Source: Podarcis gaigeae (Eukaryota). Taken from it: 64,000 nt of DNA. Under the pieces are notes generated by a model. That model was given only the letters and a program-made list of their open reading frames with translations, was not told the DNA's origin and searched no databases. Where the stretch lies: NCBI GenBank assembly GCA_964106915.2, contig OZ066921.1; one strand, 5' to 3'. The position numbers and the translations under genes were made by a program. Below, in pieces: positions 23,657-34,730 of this stretch (its first letter is position 1; each line of letters opens with the position of its first letter).

Positions 23657-24470
23657 GTGGATCTTCCTTCTTTTCTTATTTCTCTTTTGAAGGGGCCTTT
23701 TCCAGCAAAATATTTATTTACTATGATGTTGGTTTTGTATCCTGCTTTTTAGGCAAATGTTTTCTTCCAAACAACTCACATTTAAAAGACAGACAGAGAG
23801 AGGTCCTGCCCTTAGGCTTACACACTTTAAAAAACAAGACACACAAGAGAAGGGGAAATTAGGGAAGTGGGGGGGGGGGGTGTTGACCAGATGGATAATG
23901 CCAGGAACCAAGTGGTGGGATGGGCACAGGCATTACTGTCTAGTTGGGGCCCAGATAATATTTCCTTGCTTGGACAGAGATGCTGTGTAAATGACCCTGC
24001 GGCCCTTGTTTCTCTGGCTCATGTCAGCATTTGCTCCTACCTTTCATCTGTGTGAAAAGGGTTCTTTCTGCCAGTGAGGAGGGAAGTCAACTCCCTCTGT
24101 GGCTGATCGAGGAGGCCCCTTGTTGCAATATTCTTCCTATCCAGTAGGAGGGGGCAATCCAGTTCCACATGAATGCAGGACACTCTTGCCACCAGCTGCA
24201 TGTGTTAGCAACCTATGTTTTGTCTTTGTCTGTTTCCTGCTGCTGCAAATGCCAAACAGGCTGATTATGCACTGCCTGAATCCTGTCCTATGCTCTGCTG
24301 TGTCTTGAATGCCATTCTTCTTGCCATTACTGCTCAAAAGCTGATCAGACTCTGGGATGGTAGGTTTTGTGAGGCTGCTGCGGCTGCTGCTGCTGCTGCA
24401 AAAATCAACACTATGCCCTACCCGACCCACATCCCACTTTCTTTTTTCTCCCCACCCTGGATCCTTGCAG

Positions 24471-24542
24471 GTAAAACTCAGCTCAACAAAGCAGCACCCT
24501 GAGACACCTGTTCACGTTGCTGGCTTCCATCTACCTTCCAAG
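24471..24542 (+). CDS. NOB1: NOB1 exon 4
   Basis: tgcag|VKLSSTKQHPETPVHVAGFHLPSK|gtaatt; 72 nt. Confidence 0.96.
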
Positions 24543-24829
24543 GTAATTGCCTCTGAGCAATCTGAAACTCTGCCCCACTATTCATGGAAGGAGTATGAGC
24601 AGAGGGTAGCACACCTTGGTGACTCACTGTCCCTCCCCACCTCCTGGTTGCACGGGGTGTAATCTGGGAATGACCAGGTATGCCAGTTGAGCCCTTGCGC
24701 TGGGAGTCCTTGATAGGCAGCATCTCCTCCTTGGCTTGTGTGAGGATCCAGTGATCATTCAGCATCTACCAGAAGCTTAAAGGAAGAGGTAGCCACACGG
24801 TTTTTCTGAGAGGGCCATGGAGGATGGGC

Positions 24830-24950
24830 AAATCGCTCAGTGGTGGAGCACCTGCTTTGCTTGCAAAAGGTCTCAGGTTCAATCCCAGCCAGCATCTCCA
24901 GGTAAACACCCCAGAGAGCTATTGCTGCCAGCCAGTGTAAGCAATCTGGA
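24830..24950 (+). mobile_element. tRNA-derived SINE (Squam2-like) in NOB1 intron 4
   Basis: GCTCAGTGGTGGAGCACCTGCTTTGCTTGCAAAAGGTCTCAGGTTCAATCCC. Confidence 0.78.
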
Positions 24951-25004
24951 GCTTGTATATGACTGTTTCTTCTGGCAATTCATACATGTCAGCTTTTCTT
25001 CTAG

Positions 25005-25154
25005 ACCAAGTGCCCAGGAGGTGAGAAGAGTCCTTCCGTGGTGGGAAGCAGAAACTCTGCAGACTCCACAGGCCCTGAAACCTCTGAGTTTGGTTCCTTC
25101 CTGTTCTGGAGGAATCCTCTGCCCAGCATTGAGGAGGACCTACTGGACTTGCTG
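25005..25154 (+). CDS. NOB1: NOB1 exon 5
   Basis: tctag|TKCPGGEK...EFGSFLFWRNPLPSIEEDLLDLL|gtaaga; 150 nt in frame. Confidence 0.92.
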
Positions 25155-25272
25155 GTAAGAAGTCTAGCATTCTTTCCTTTCTTCCTGCCTCACCGGGCAC
25201 CACCTTCATCTCCGCAGCCTGGGAAGGTTCTGTGCTCAGCGGATCCTCTCCCAATTGGTCTGTTTCTCGCAG

Positions 25273-25479
25273 AAAGCGGATGCTGTTGTTATTGTGCCGG
25301 AGGACCCCAAAGGCAACAAGAGTAGTGGTGAGGAGGAGGAGCAGAGTGGAGAGGACAGCGATGACGAAGAAGGCTGGATCACGCCTAGCAACATCAAGCA
25401 GATCCAACAGGGCATGGGCCAGGCTGATGAGCCAGCTGGTGTGCAGGTTGGCTGTGTCACCACCGACTTTGCCATGCAG
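25273..25479 (+). CDS. NOB1: NOB1 exon 6 (acidic stretch; GC donor)
   Basis: cgcag|KADAV...DDEEGWITPSNIKQIQQ...VGCVTTDFAMQ|GCAAGT; 207 nt. Confidence 0.92.
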
Positions 25480-26140
25480 GCAAGTGTGGGCTATGTGAGA
25501 CCAGGTGGTCCCCAGGGCTTGAGGGGAGGGAGAAGGATGTATGCTTGCCCTTTCATCCTTGTAAGCCTCCTGCTACATTCTTGTGCCTGCTACAGCTGCC
25601 TGGAGGCCCAGCAGAGGTTTTATGGTCTATGTTGGAAGAACATGATGAGAATAGGAGGGACAGAAAGGTTGGCTCATGAGCAGCAAGGGGTGACTTGGGT
25701 GGCAGCAGGAAGCTAAGAAGAGGGAAGCGGTCAGGTGTAGAGCAGAGGGATGAGAGAGAGAGAGAGGAGAAGCTCCAGGAGGTGGATTGAAGGCAAACAG
25801 GCAGTGGGACAAAAACAGGAAGGGGAGAGGGGAAGTAGCGCTTTGTGCTCTGAGTTGGGCAACCTGGCAGACCTGAAGGAGAGGAAACTGGGGGCTCTCT
25901 TTCAACTGGAGAAGTTTGGTCAGCCCAGCAGCAAAAGAAGAGCAAACTTCCAAAGCCAGCATTTTGTGTTTTTTAAAAAGGAGAGCAAGCATTGCCTTAT
26001 TTTAGCTCCAGCCCTTTCCAAGACCCCAACCTATGGAGTATCCAAAGTCTGTTGAGAGGGACCTGCCCTGCACCAGCATCATGGGGGCACGTTGGGTGCT
26101 GATTGGGCTCCCCTCACCTTCTCTGGTCTCTTTCCCACAG

Positions 26141-26238
26141 AACATTCTGCTGCAGATGGGCCTGCATGTGCTGGCAGTCAATGGCATGCTGATCCGGCAC
26201 ACCCGGAGCTACGTCCTGCGCTGCCATGGCTGCTTCAA
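26141..26238 (+). CDS. NOB1: NOB1 exon 7 (first Zn-ribbon CxxC)
   Basis: cacag|NILLQMGLHVLAVNGMLIRHTRSYVLRCHGCFK|gtatgt; 98 nt. Confidence 0.97.
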
Positions 26239-26394
26239 GTATGTGATGAGTTGGTGGCTGGGCTGCAATCTCTGGCATATGGGCAACAGCTGGGGCTGTG
26301 TCCAGCCATATTCAGGAGGTGCCCCTTGGGCTTAGTCAATGGGCTGCTGCCAAGGTTGTCAACCCGCTGACCTGGCTTCTCTGCTTTCCTCCAG

Positions 26395-26539
26395 AACCAC
26401 ATCAGAAATGACCCGGCTCTTCTGCCCCCACTGCGGGAACAAGACGCTTAAGAAGGTGGCGGTGAGCGTGGACGACGATGGCACCATCCACATGCATTTT
26501 TCCCGGAATCCCAAGGTCTTGAACCCCCGTGGCCTCCGG
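26395..26539 (+). CDS. NOB1: NOB1 exon 8 (second CxxC)
   Basis: tccag|TTSEMTRLFCPHCGNKTLKKVAVSVDDDGTIHMHFSRNPKVLNPRGLR|gtgagc; 145 nt. Confidence 0.97.
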
Positions 26540-27098
26540 GTGAGCAGCTCTGCTCTGGGCTCCAGTGCTCTTATGGGCTTTCTACGCTTGTTGTCGTCTC
26601 TGTTGGCTGCCTGTGCTCCCAGCTGAGCACCTGAGGCAAGAAATAAGAGTCTGCAGCAGGCCATGATGGCCTCTGGGGCCAGCAGAAGAATCTTCTCTGG
26701 GCTTATTTATTTCCTCCCAATGGCAAAAGTTCTGTGGCCAGTGCTATCCAGTGTAGCTTTAAGGAACTTGTTCCACTAGTACAATGATTTATGATTGTGC
26801 AGCAAATTTTCCCCCTGCATGTGTCCTACGCCTTCCCAAATTTTCTCCAAAGAGTTGGGGGAACCCCATAACAGATTATGGGGGAAGAAGATGTGGGGGT
26901 GTCTGTTGTGCAGCTGTCACTCCTCATGCTACAACCATGAGTGGATTGGATACCACTGTAAGTAAAAATGTAAAACCGTAACTTGGAAAAAATACAACAA
27001 GGATGAAAGTCAAGTGTGAGGTGCCTCTCCCTGTCAGGGGTGTGGGGCAGGGTGCATTGGGCCTTTTGGCTTCAGTGTGTGCCTCTTTCTTTCCACAG

Positions 27099-27368
27099 TA
27101 CTCTCTTCCAGCTCCTCAGGGTGGGAAGCACGCAAACAATCCCCACCTGACAGAGGACCAGCACTTCCCCCAGCAACGGCTCTCCCGCAAGGCCAGGCAG
27201 AAGACAAACGTCTTTGACCCCGATTATATTGCAGGAGTTTCTCCGTTTGCGGAAAACGACATCTACAGCCGGGCGGCCAATCTACAGATCCGGGATACGG
27301 CACTGGGTGCAGGCAGGAGGCGTCTGAACCCCAACACAGCCTCCAAAAAATTTGTGAAAAAGAGATGA
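27099..27368 (+). CDS. NOB1: NOB1 exon 9 (to stop); total CDS 1272 nt, 423 aa
   Basis: cacag|YSLPAPQGGKHANNPHLTEDQ...GAGRRRLNPNTASKKFVKKR*. Confidence 0.97.
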   Translation, partial: YSLPAPQGGKHANNPHLTEDQHFPQQRLSRKARQKTNVFDPDYIAGVSPFAENDIYSRAANLQIRDTALGAGRRRLNPNTASKKFVKKR

Positions 27369-27657
27369 GGTGGGGAGAGATGCAACCACTCACCTGTCCC
27401 ACTTGTCAATGAAGGGAGGACAAGTCTTTTGTTTCCTACAGCTTGTGTGAAGGCAGGACTTTGCCCTTTGGCTCTACTTCCTGACTGCTTCCAAGGCAAC
27501 AGACACTAGTATGAATAAAGGGCAAGCAGCAGGAAGGTGGGAGGCAGACTGCCAAGTGATCTGGAAAGTGAGAGTGGCCCTCGTGTGGCAGAATCCATGT
27601 GCTGCGCTCAGGTCTTGGGTGCATTCTAATGCAAAAGACTCAGCAGCGGTGGCTGCA

Positions 27658-27686
27658 TGTTTTGTTTTGTTTTGTTTTGTTTTTTT
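27658..27686. repeat. (GTTTT)n repeat in NOB1 3'UTR
   Basis: About 5 units. Confidence 0.88.
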
Positions 27687-27687
27687 A

Positions 27688-27693
27688 AATAAA
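27688..27693 (+). terminator. NOB1 candidate polyA signal (alternative AATAAA at 27514-27519)
   Basis: AATAAA after a U-rich tract and followed by GT-rich sequence. Confidence 0.65.
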
Positions 27694-28803
27694 CCAGGGT
27701 GTCTGCACATTTGGTGTCTGTGCACAGCTCCTTGTGGTTTAGCTTGTCCCTTTCCTGACAACTAGACCCCTTTTCTCCCATGAGCGGAAGGTGGCCTTTC
27801 CCTTGTAGTATTCAAGAGCACAAGCCTTGTTCTTTTTCTACTAGGTCTTCAGCCATACAGTGAGCTGGTTGGGATGGCTAGAGAGGAAGCACTGCTCTGC
27901 AAACTTTTGAGTTCCACAAAGCTCTTCCTCAGAAGTGGCTGTTCAAAGCAAAAACAGAAAAGTTTATGGCCCAATAGCTGATTAACCCCAAAACACACAT
28001 CCATGTGGGCTAATAAGAGTAGGAACCTGTAAAAGCCTGTTTAATTTTTGGTCTAAATACCTATGCTGGGGAATAGGCCTCTGTTTAACTCAAAAGATCA
28101 CTTCCACTATTGTCAAAACATATGACAATAGGTTGCCTAAAATCTTTTCTCTTTTGTGGAAAGGGGTTAAAGAGCCATGAGAAGGACAACTGCAGGAATG
28201 TCACAAAAAACTGCAAAAATGCCTGGCAGTGAGCTGGTGGCAACTCCATAAGGCCACGTCCTACTCACAGAGAGAGCCGCAGGTGTTCTCCCCCAGCCCT
28301 CTGGTGGGTCCTCTTGCAAGACAAGTTGTGTCACATTTTCCACTGCTTCCTGCCTTGGGCTACAGCAAATCCTCCTTGCACTTAACAAGCCTTTTCCTTG
28401 TAGAGGAAAGGTTAACAGCCAGTTTGCTGCAGACTGGCCCCTGTTCCATTCCTCCTAACTATGCCCCAACATGCAACAAAGGCCCACTATATACCTGGGA
28501 GCAAAACTGACTAGTAAATGAAATTTGATTAGATAGATTTCTAGTGCAAACAAAGAGCCCTGCCCAGTCCTTGCATAGCTCTAGTTAAGTCGCTAACAGT
28601 GCCCCACCCTGGCACCACACAAAGTTAATCTGGGCATTTGGAGCTTGAATGAAAGGGCTGTCAAAAACATTCTTTGCCATCTTCTAGGGAGGCAGTTGCC
28701 AACTTCATAGGCACGCCTAGCCTGCTTGCTTTGTTCTGAATCTGCCGTGCAAACACCAAAGACCTGCCCTTGGTGGCTAGGACTTAATAAACACAGGAGT
28801 GGC

Positions 28804-28805
<2 letters not shown>

Positions 28806-28839
<34 letters not shown>
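28806..28839. repeat. (AC)n microsatellite
   Basis: About 17 AC units. Confidence 0.95.
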
Positions 28840-28841
<2 letters not shown>

Positions 28842-29929
28842 TTAGCAAAGTTTGGTGACTTGTACCTTTCTCTTTTACCTGTTCCCATATACCTTTCGCC
28901 AAAAGCAGACACTGCTGCTTCCTATTGGAATTGTATTCTACTAATTAATTAATATGAATTCCCATATGTATTGAAAATACTCCCAGGAGGTGTGTGATCT
29001 TGCCACAGAGCAGAGCATTCAGAGAAATGACCATCGCCCAAAATTCATGTGACATTGCTGCCTCTGGATCCATCCCATTACAGTACTGATATAGAAGATA
29101 GCCATGGTCAGCAACAGAAGCTAGTTTGGTACAGCCTGAAATCATTTTACTACTTCCAAATACTGTCCACAGGATTCTTTGTAGTGGCACCCAGAGGCTG
29201 TTGGAGAACACCAGTAGCCTCACAGGAAACTGATTCATTGTGTTTGTGAGGACCCAAGTGCCACGCCGAGCACAGAGATACCTCTTAGCAAGGCTCCTGG
29301 CCTGCTTGGAGTTTAATTAGCATGTTTGTTCTCCTTTGTTTATGACTGGACTAAGGACTACAGCAACATCTTGGGCCCTGGGGACCCCCTTAAAGAGTCC
29401 TAGTTCTCTCTGATTGCTTTGGATACCATTTGCCTGTTGTCAATGCCAGCAGTCCAGTAGTCCCTTGATAGGAGCCTGAGCTGGTAAGGCTTTGTGTATT
29501 TGCCTAGCCTTCTCCCCAATGTGGCAGCAAGAGCAAGAGCTAATTCTTTCATATGCTTACTATTTCACATGCTCCCATTTTTTCATTTGGTAATTTCTCC
29601 CTCCAAAGATCCAATCAGTAATCTGAACTGTACAAAGAGCTTGATGAATGATGCAGTGGATGGGTGGCGGGAATAAGTTGTTGGCATTGTCTGTCTTGGG
29701 AGACAATGGGAAAGGGCACCTTTGGGTAAAATCAAACTGTTGGAGAGTTACAGCACTTTGGGTGTAGAGACCAATGCGGAAGAAACATGTTTTGTTGCAG
29801 CAGAGGCAGATGAAGATGTCTGGTTGTGGTACTGCAGAGGCACCATGGCATTTCTTCTCTCTGCGCCCCTCCCAGCGGTCATTTCTCCTCTGCTCACTGC
29901 TGTGGATCCATGCCCTGACTGTCGTTTTA

Positions 29930-30245
29930 GGACAGACAAAGGAAGAGACTTCTCCACACAGCGCATAGTTATACTATGGAATTAGCTTTCACAAGAGGCA
30001 ATGATTGCCACCAACTTGGATGGCATTAAATGAGGATTAGACAAATTCGTGGAGGAGAAGGCTATCAATGGCTATGTTGTACCTGCACTATCATGCCTCT
30101 GAAAACCAGTTGCTGGGAATCACAAGTGGGGAGAGTGCTTGTTGCACTCATGTCCAGCTTGCAGGCATCTGGTTGGGCACTATGAGGACAGGATGCGGGA
30201 CTAAATGGCTCACTGACCTGATCCAGCAGGCTCCTCTTTTGTCCT
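29930..30245 (+). mobile_element. CR1 3' fragment between NOB1 and NQO1
   Basis: GGACAGACAAAGGAAGAGACTTCTCCACACAGCGCATAG...GGATTAGACAAATTCGTGGAGG...GACCTGATCCAGCAGG. Confidence 0.82.
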
Positions 30246-31450
30246 TCTGCCCTGCAGAGTAAATACTGCTAGGCTTGAAGGACCAATGGTCTGACTTTGT
30301 ATATAAGAATAGCTGCACATCATCAGATGTCCCAAACAGTACAAATTCAAACACTACCTGACTAGGCTATTTGGTGCCTCTGAAGAGGATTAACAGCAGC
30401 TGTTTTCACAACTTGTATTTAAATGGGTTTTTGCATTGTCTACAGTTCAATTTTCATTGAATGAAAATGCCATATCCTCCAGAATGAATGCCCATCTCTA
30501 GACTTAAGTCTTTGCACTAATGTAGGATTTTTTACATTCATTCCTGTACTGTATGTACCACTAACTTAGGGCATGAATTGTTTAATAGGGATAGCCTTCA
30601 TTCAATAATTGAGGGATTCTGCTCATTTCAAAAAAAGAGCTAAAACTCTTCCCCAAAATGCTGTGGGCAAGGGAAGGGCTGCTGAGATGTCAAAAGCCAC
30701 CAGCAAGAATGCCTAGCTGGAAGCCTGTGAGCGATTCTTGTAAAATTAACATTCTGTAATTTCATCACCAAAGACAAGTTCAAACTGCATCTTTCTAGCA
30801 GCTTGGCTTAACACTTCTGCACTGAACCAACATGGGTATCTTCAACTAGCAAGGTGCTTTTTTTTTTTTTTTTTCAGGGGAGGGGGTTAAATTGTGCAGG
30901 CCTGTTGCATGGATCTGCAAATACAGTAAGAGATCCAGAATGGGAGGAGTCCTTGACAAGCACTGATCCCTCCCCAAAGCTGCCATCTGCACACACCTTC
31001 TAAAGCATCTACTCTGGTACTTACCTTTGCCCCATCCTGGACCAAGCAAACACTCCAATGACTCTTATTAAGAGGTGCTAGAAGGGCAATTTCTCCACCC
31101 TTTCAACATATGTTTTCCAGAAAAGGCAGCTGAGGCAGGGCTGGGGCTTGTGTCTTCATTTGCAGCAGGGGTCGGGAGTCATGCAGAATTAAGAAAAGGC
31201 AGAGTACAAGGCTGGGTTCATGTATTTCATTTGCACTATGTCAGGTGTTCCAGGTTCACTTTGCAGAAGGCCTCCTATCATCAATTTTTCTCTGCTTTCT
31301 GCCAGCAAATGGGCAGGTGAAGCAGCATGGCATATTCTGGTGCCCTTTTATCTGCTTTCCAGTGAGATAAATTCTGTCTGGGGTTTTGCCTTGGATAGAG
31401 CCCCAAGCTGGGACTGCATCAATGAAAAAGGCACATTTCACGTTGAAAAC

Positions 31451-31577
31451 CATGGGTGTAGCCAAGGGGGGTGGGCAGCTGCCCTCCCCTAGATCAAGTA
31501 ATGCAATAGAAATACTAATCTAACTGACCAATCATGTCGGTCCTGATCCCCCCCCCCCAATTCTGGCTACACCCATG
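31451..31577. mobile_element. hAT-type MITE (same family as 18833-18961) upstream of NQO1
   Basis: Perfect 14-bp TIR CATGGGTGTAGCCA / TGGCTACACCCATG; flanks TTGAAAAC / TTGGAAAA (6/8). Confidence 0.82.
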
Positions 31578-31940
31578 TTGGAAAAGTAGCTATTAAGCAT
31601 TGTCACCAGTCTCCCCTGTGAGGGCTACGAGTGGACGCTGGCCCCTAACAGCATGGCAGCTAAATAGGCCCTTCAGCGTCAGAGACAGTCTATCTCTGAA
31701 TGCCAACGGCAGAGATGACAGGAGGTTTTGCGTCTTCCTTGTGAGCTTCGTTTGCGGACATCTGGTGGGATGCTGGGCCGGAGGCGTGTCTTTAGATGGA
31801 GAGCTGCCAAATTAAGGGAGAAGTGAATGGGCTCTCGATGGTCATAAGTTTTGCGATACAGAGGCAGTCTCCCTCGGGGCGAAGCCTTCCCCTCGGGGAA
31901 CCAAGAGGCAACATGCTGGGTCTGGCCGGAGTGTGGTTTC

Positions 31941-31991
31941 TCCGCCCCAGTGACTCAGCAAATCCGCGCCGCCTCCTCCGCCTCTTATAAG
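31941..31991 (+). promoter_or_regulatory. NQO1: NQO1 core promoter: GC box, antioxidant response element (ARE/EpRE), TATA-like box
   Basis: TCCGCCCC 31941-31948, GTGACTCAGCA 31950-31960 (NRF2/sMAF consensus with embedded AP-1 site), TATAAG 31986-31991, 50 nt before the ATG. Confidence 0.85.
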
Positions 31992-32040
31992 ACCCGCGGC
32001 GCCGACGGCTTAGTTCAACTGCTGCCCGGCTTGCATCGCC

Positions 32041-32047
32041 ATGGCTG
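32041..32047 (+). CDS. NQO1: NQO1 exon 1 coding part (7 nt)
   Basis: Kozak GCCATGG; ATG GCT G|GTAAGT; same 7-nt coding start as mammalian NQO1. Confidence 0.92.
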
Positions 32048-32485
32048 GTAAGTAGCTCGTCTCCTCGGCCCTGCCTTACTCTGGTGGGCCTAAAGTGCGC
32101 ATCAGGCTGCGTCGCGGAGCCAAACAGGCAGGTCGAAAAGAGAGGAAGGACGGGGGTGGGTGGGATCGATCGAGTCGAGTCTCCAAGGCACAGGCTCCCC
32201 GTGCAGGAGTCCTTTCCCGCCTCGAGAGCGTCTCCCCTCGGGTTCCCGAGGCCCTGCCCTGCGGCAGCGCCGGCAGCAACTTGCAAGGAGGCGGGTGGCG
32301 CTCACCTGGCGGGCCCCCCGAAAGGCAGGCAGGGGCCTGCGAGGCTGCGCTGCCCTGGTGGGAGGCGCCGAGGCGGGAGTATGTCCACCTCTGTTGCAGC
32401 CCCGGCGGCAGGGCGGCTCTCCCGGAGCTTTGGCCGCCCGAGGTGCCTTGCCTTGCCAGGCTCTCCTCTCCTGCTCTCCTTGCAG

Positions 32486-32650
32486 CTCGGCAGGCGCTGA
32501 TCGTGCTGGCCCACCCGGAGCGGACATCCTTCAACTATGCCATGAAGGAGGCGGCTGTCGAGGCGCTGCAGAAGAGTGGCTGGAAGGTGACCGTCTCGGA
32601 TCTCTACGCCATGCGCTTCAACCCGGTCCTCTCCCGGGACGACGTCACCG
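32486..32650 (+). CDS. NQO1: NQO1 exon 2
   Basis: tgcag|[56 protein letters not shown]|gtacat; 165 nt. Confidence 0.97.
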
Positions 32651-32892
32651 GTACATAGGTCTCTGGGTCCCTGTCGCTCCGCTAGGTGTGTCTGCACAGA
32701 CTGGCGGCGGCGCCAGCTCGGCTGGGCTTCAGGCCGGCTGGTAGCGGGCGCTTTCCCCCCGCCTTCCTGCCTGGAGGAACTGTCGTCGGGGCGAGTACTT
32801 GGGACCTTTTGCCGCTCCTTTCCCGGAGCCCCCCGAGGCTCCGCCTCGCCTGCGTGCCTGGACCCACCTTTCCCCCTCTCCCCCTCCCTCAG

Positions 32893-33023
32893 GCAAGCCG
32901 AAGGACCCGCAGCACTTCAGCTACCCGGCCGAAACGGGGCTGGCATGGAAAGAAGGCCGCCTGAGCAAGGACATCTTAGAGGAGCAAAAAAAGCTGGACG
33001 CTGCCGATCTTGTCATCTTTCAG
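32893..33023 (+). CDS. NQO1: NQO1 exon 3
   Basis: ctcag|[43 protein letters not shown]|gtggtt; 131 nt. Confidence 0.97.
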
Positions 33024-33036
33024 GTGGTTCCCAGAT

Positions 33037-33140
33037 CACAGGACGCTGCCTTCTAAGGAGTCAGACTACCTGGTCCATCAAGCCCAGGGTTGTTTAAGTG
33101 AACTGTTTCTCCAGGTTTTCAGGCATGAGTCTCCCCCACC
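33037..33140 (-). mobile_element. Squam2-like SINE 3' fragment just after NQO1 exon 3
   Basis: GCTGCCTTCTAAGGAGTCAGACTACCTGGTCCATCAAGC...CTCCAGGTTTTCAGGCA. Confidence 0.6.
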
Positions 33141-33625
33141 CCTTCTACAGCCCTTCTCCAACTATCATAGATGCACACTGGTTTCCTGGGGGGGGGGTTT
33201 AAAGGGGGGTGACTTTTCACCTGCATCATAAGCCTCTTCTTGCCTTAGGTTTGTAGTGTTTGACCTGAGTGTGGATTTTGGCCATGAATCTTGCTGGCCA
33301 ATGAACTCTGGAGAGGCAAAATTAGGAAGTCCTAATTCAGTAAAGAGGGCGGGAGCAACACTGGCAGCTCAGGCTTTAAAAATTGAATTCTGGCAAACAT
33401 GGAAATTGTCCACAGAGGGCCTGTACTTCACAGGGGGGAAACAATATGCTTCTAACCCCCTGCTAGAGCTTGCCATTGGAACAAAGTTCTGGAACTAGTG
33501 GTTCTAAGGGAATGCCATGGGCACTGAAGAGCTTTTTGGGAATGGTACCTAGACTCTAAAGTACCATGAAATGAATGTGCAACAAGGGCCTCAACCCTTA
33601 GCCTGTGGCTCTGCTTCTGTTGCAG

Positions 33626-33739
33626 TTCCCTCTCCAGTGGTTTGGTGTCCCAGCCATCTTGAAAGGGTGGTATGAGCGTGTCCTCACTGGTGGATTTGCC
33701 TACTCCTACAGTGCCATGTATGACCAGGGGCCGTTCAAG
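33626..33739 (+). CDS. NQO1: NQO1 exon 4
   Basis: tgcag|[38 protein letters not shown]|gtaggt; 114 nt. Confidence 0.97.
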
Positions 33740-34156
33740 GTAGGTATGCAGTGGGGATTTGGTGGGAGTGAAGTCTTGCTGCTGCTGCTGTAGCTGCCAC
33801 CACCTTTCATTCTCTCCCATGTTCGGCTCCAACTGGCCAGTAGCTGCAGCCTGTCTATTGTGCATTTGAGCCCTGCAGTCAGCCTCTTTGGTGCTCTGCA
33901 TGAAACAATATGGCAGACTCTGGTGGTGGTGGGAAAAGACAGAGGATTCTGATAATGACCCTGTCTCTTGGTATTTTAGAGAAGGGTGTTCTGTGGGACA
34001 GAGAAGGTGCAGTTCCTTTCCTCCATATGGTGGCAAGACGATGATCAGCTGGGCTTTCACAATACTCTGCAAAATGACCCTTGTTCACTAGCTGCTCTCT
34101 GCATGACAGTGTCTCAGCTGCTGTGTAAAACATAACTCATATTTGGTTACTTACAG

Positions 34157-34258
34157 AATAAGAAGACTCTACTTTCCTTCACCACTGGTGGAATGGGCTC
34201 CATGTACACCCCTGAAGGCATCAATGGGGACATCAACATCCTTCTTTGGCCAATACAG
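34157..34258 (+). CDS. NQO1: NQO1 exon 5
   Basis: tacag|[34 protein letters not shown]|gtaaca; 102 nt; absent from the ORF track. Confidence 0.96.
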
Positions 34259-34730
34259 GTAACAAGGCAACATTTATTGTCAAACCCAGAGTTATTTCTA
34301 AGAGAGTTTTAAAATTATTATTAAAAGGTGTAATACTTAAGTAGATGGTGCAAGCTTCTGCCTTACACAGAATTCTTACAGGTTCCTATACTTGTCTGGT
34401 TTGAGAACCTTTGTGTAATCCAGAGGTTTACAATCCTGCATTCCAACCAATTGGCGAGATGACTGTTTTTTCAAGAGCTGTAGTTTACTGAATCCTAGCA
34501 GAAAGCCCACATCCCTTGTGTGCAAAGTTGTAGACAAATTTTAGGTTTTTAAAATGAGTAAAAATGTCATAGCAGACATTTAGTATAGAAACAAAAAAAA
34601 CACACAAAAAAATACAGTACTGGAGCTCTATAGAGCTCTTTATTGGTCCTGAACTTGTTCTAATTACATTCCTCCTGCCCTATTTGAATATGTATTTGAT
34701 TTGCAAATGTTCTTTCTTCCTACTCCCCAG

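Larger units (their letters stand above)
31650..33010. promoter_or_regulatory. CpG island over NQO1 promoter and exons 1-3
   Basis: Visibly high GC and CpG density compared with flanks (not computed). Confidence 0.75.

Noticed and set aside
24830-24900. tRNA-like sequences here and at 36720-36782, 47590-47648, 48290-48350, 53925-53990
   Set aside because: Degenerate cloverleaves followed by SINE bodies; SINE heads, not tRNA genes
31784-31788. XRE core GCGTG in the NQO1 promoter
   Set aside because: Lacks the TNGCGTG flank; the 5-mer is common in CpG islands
26539-32486. NOB1-NQO1 read-through fusion protein
   Set aside because: The typical junction (NOB1 exon 8, phase 0, to NQO1 exon 2, phase 1) is out of frame
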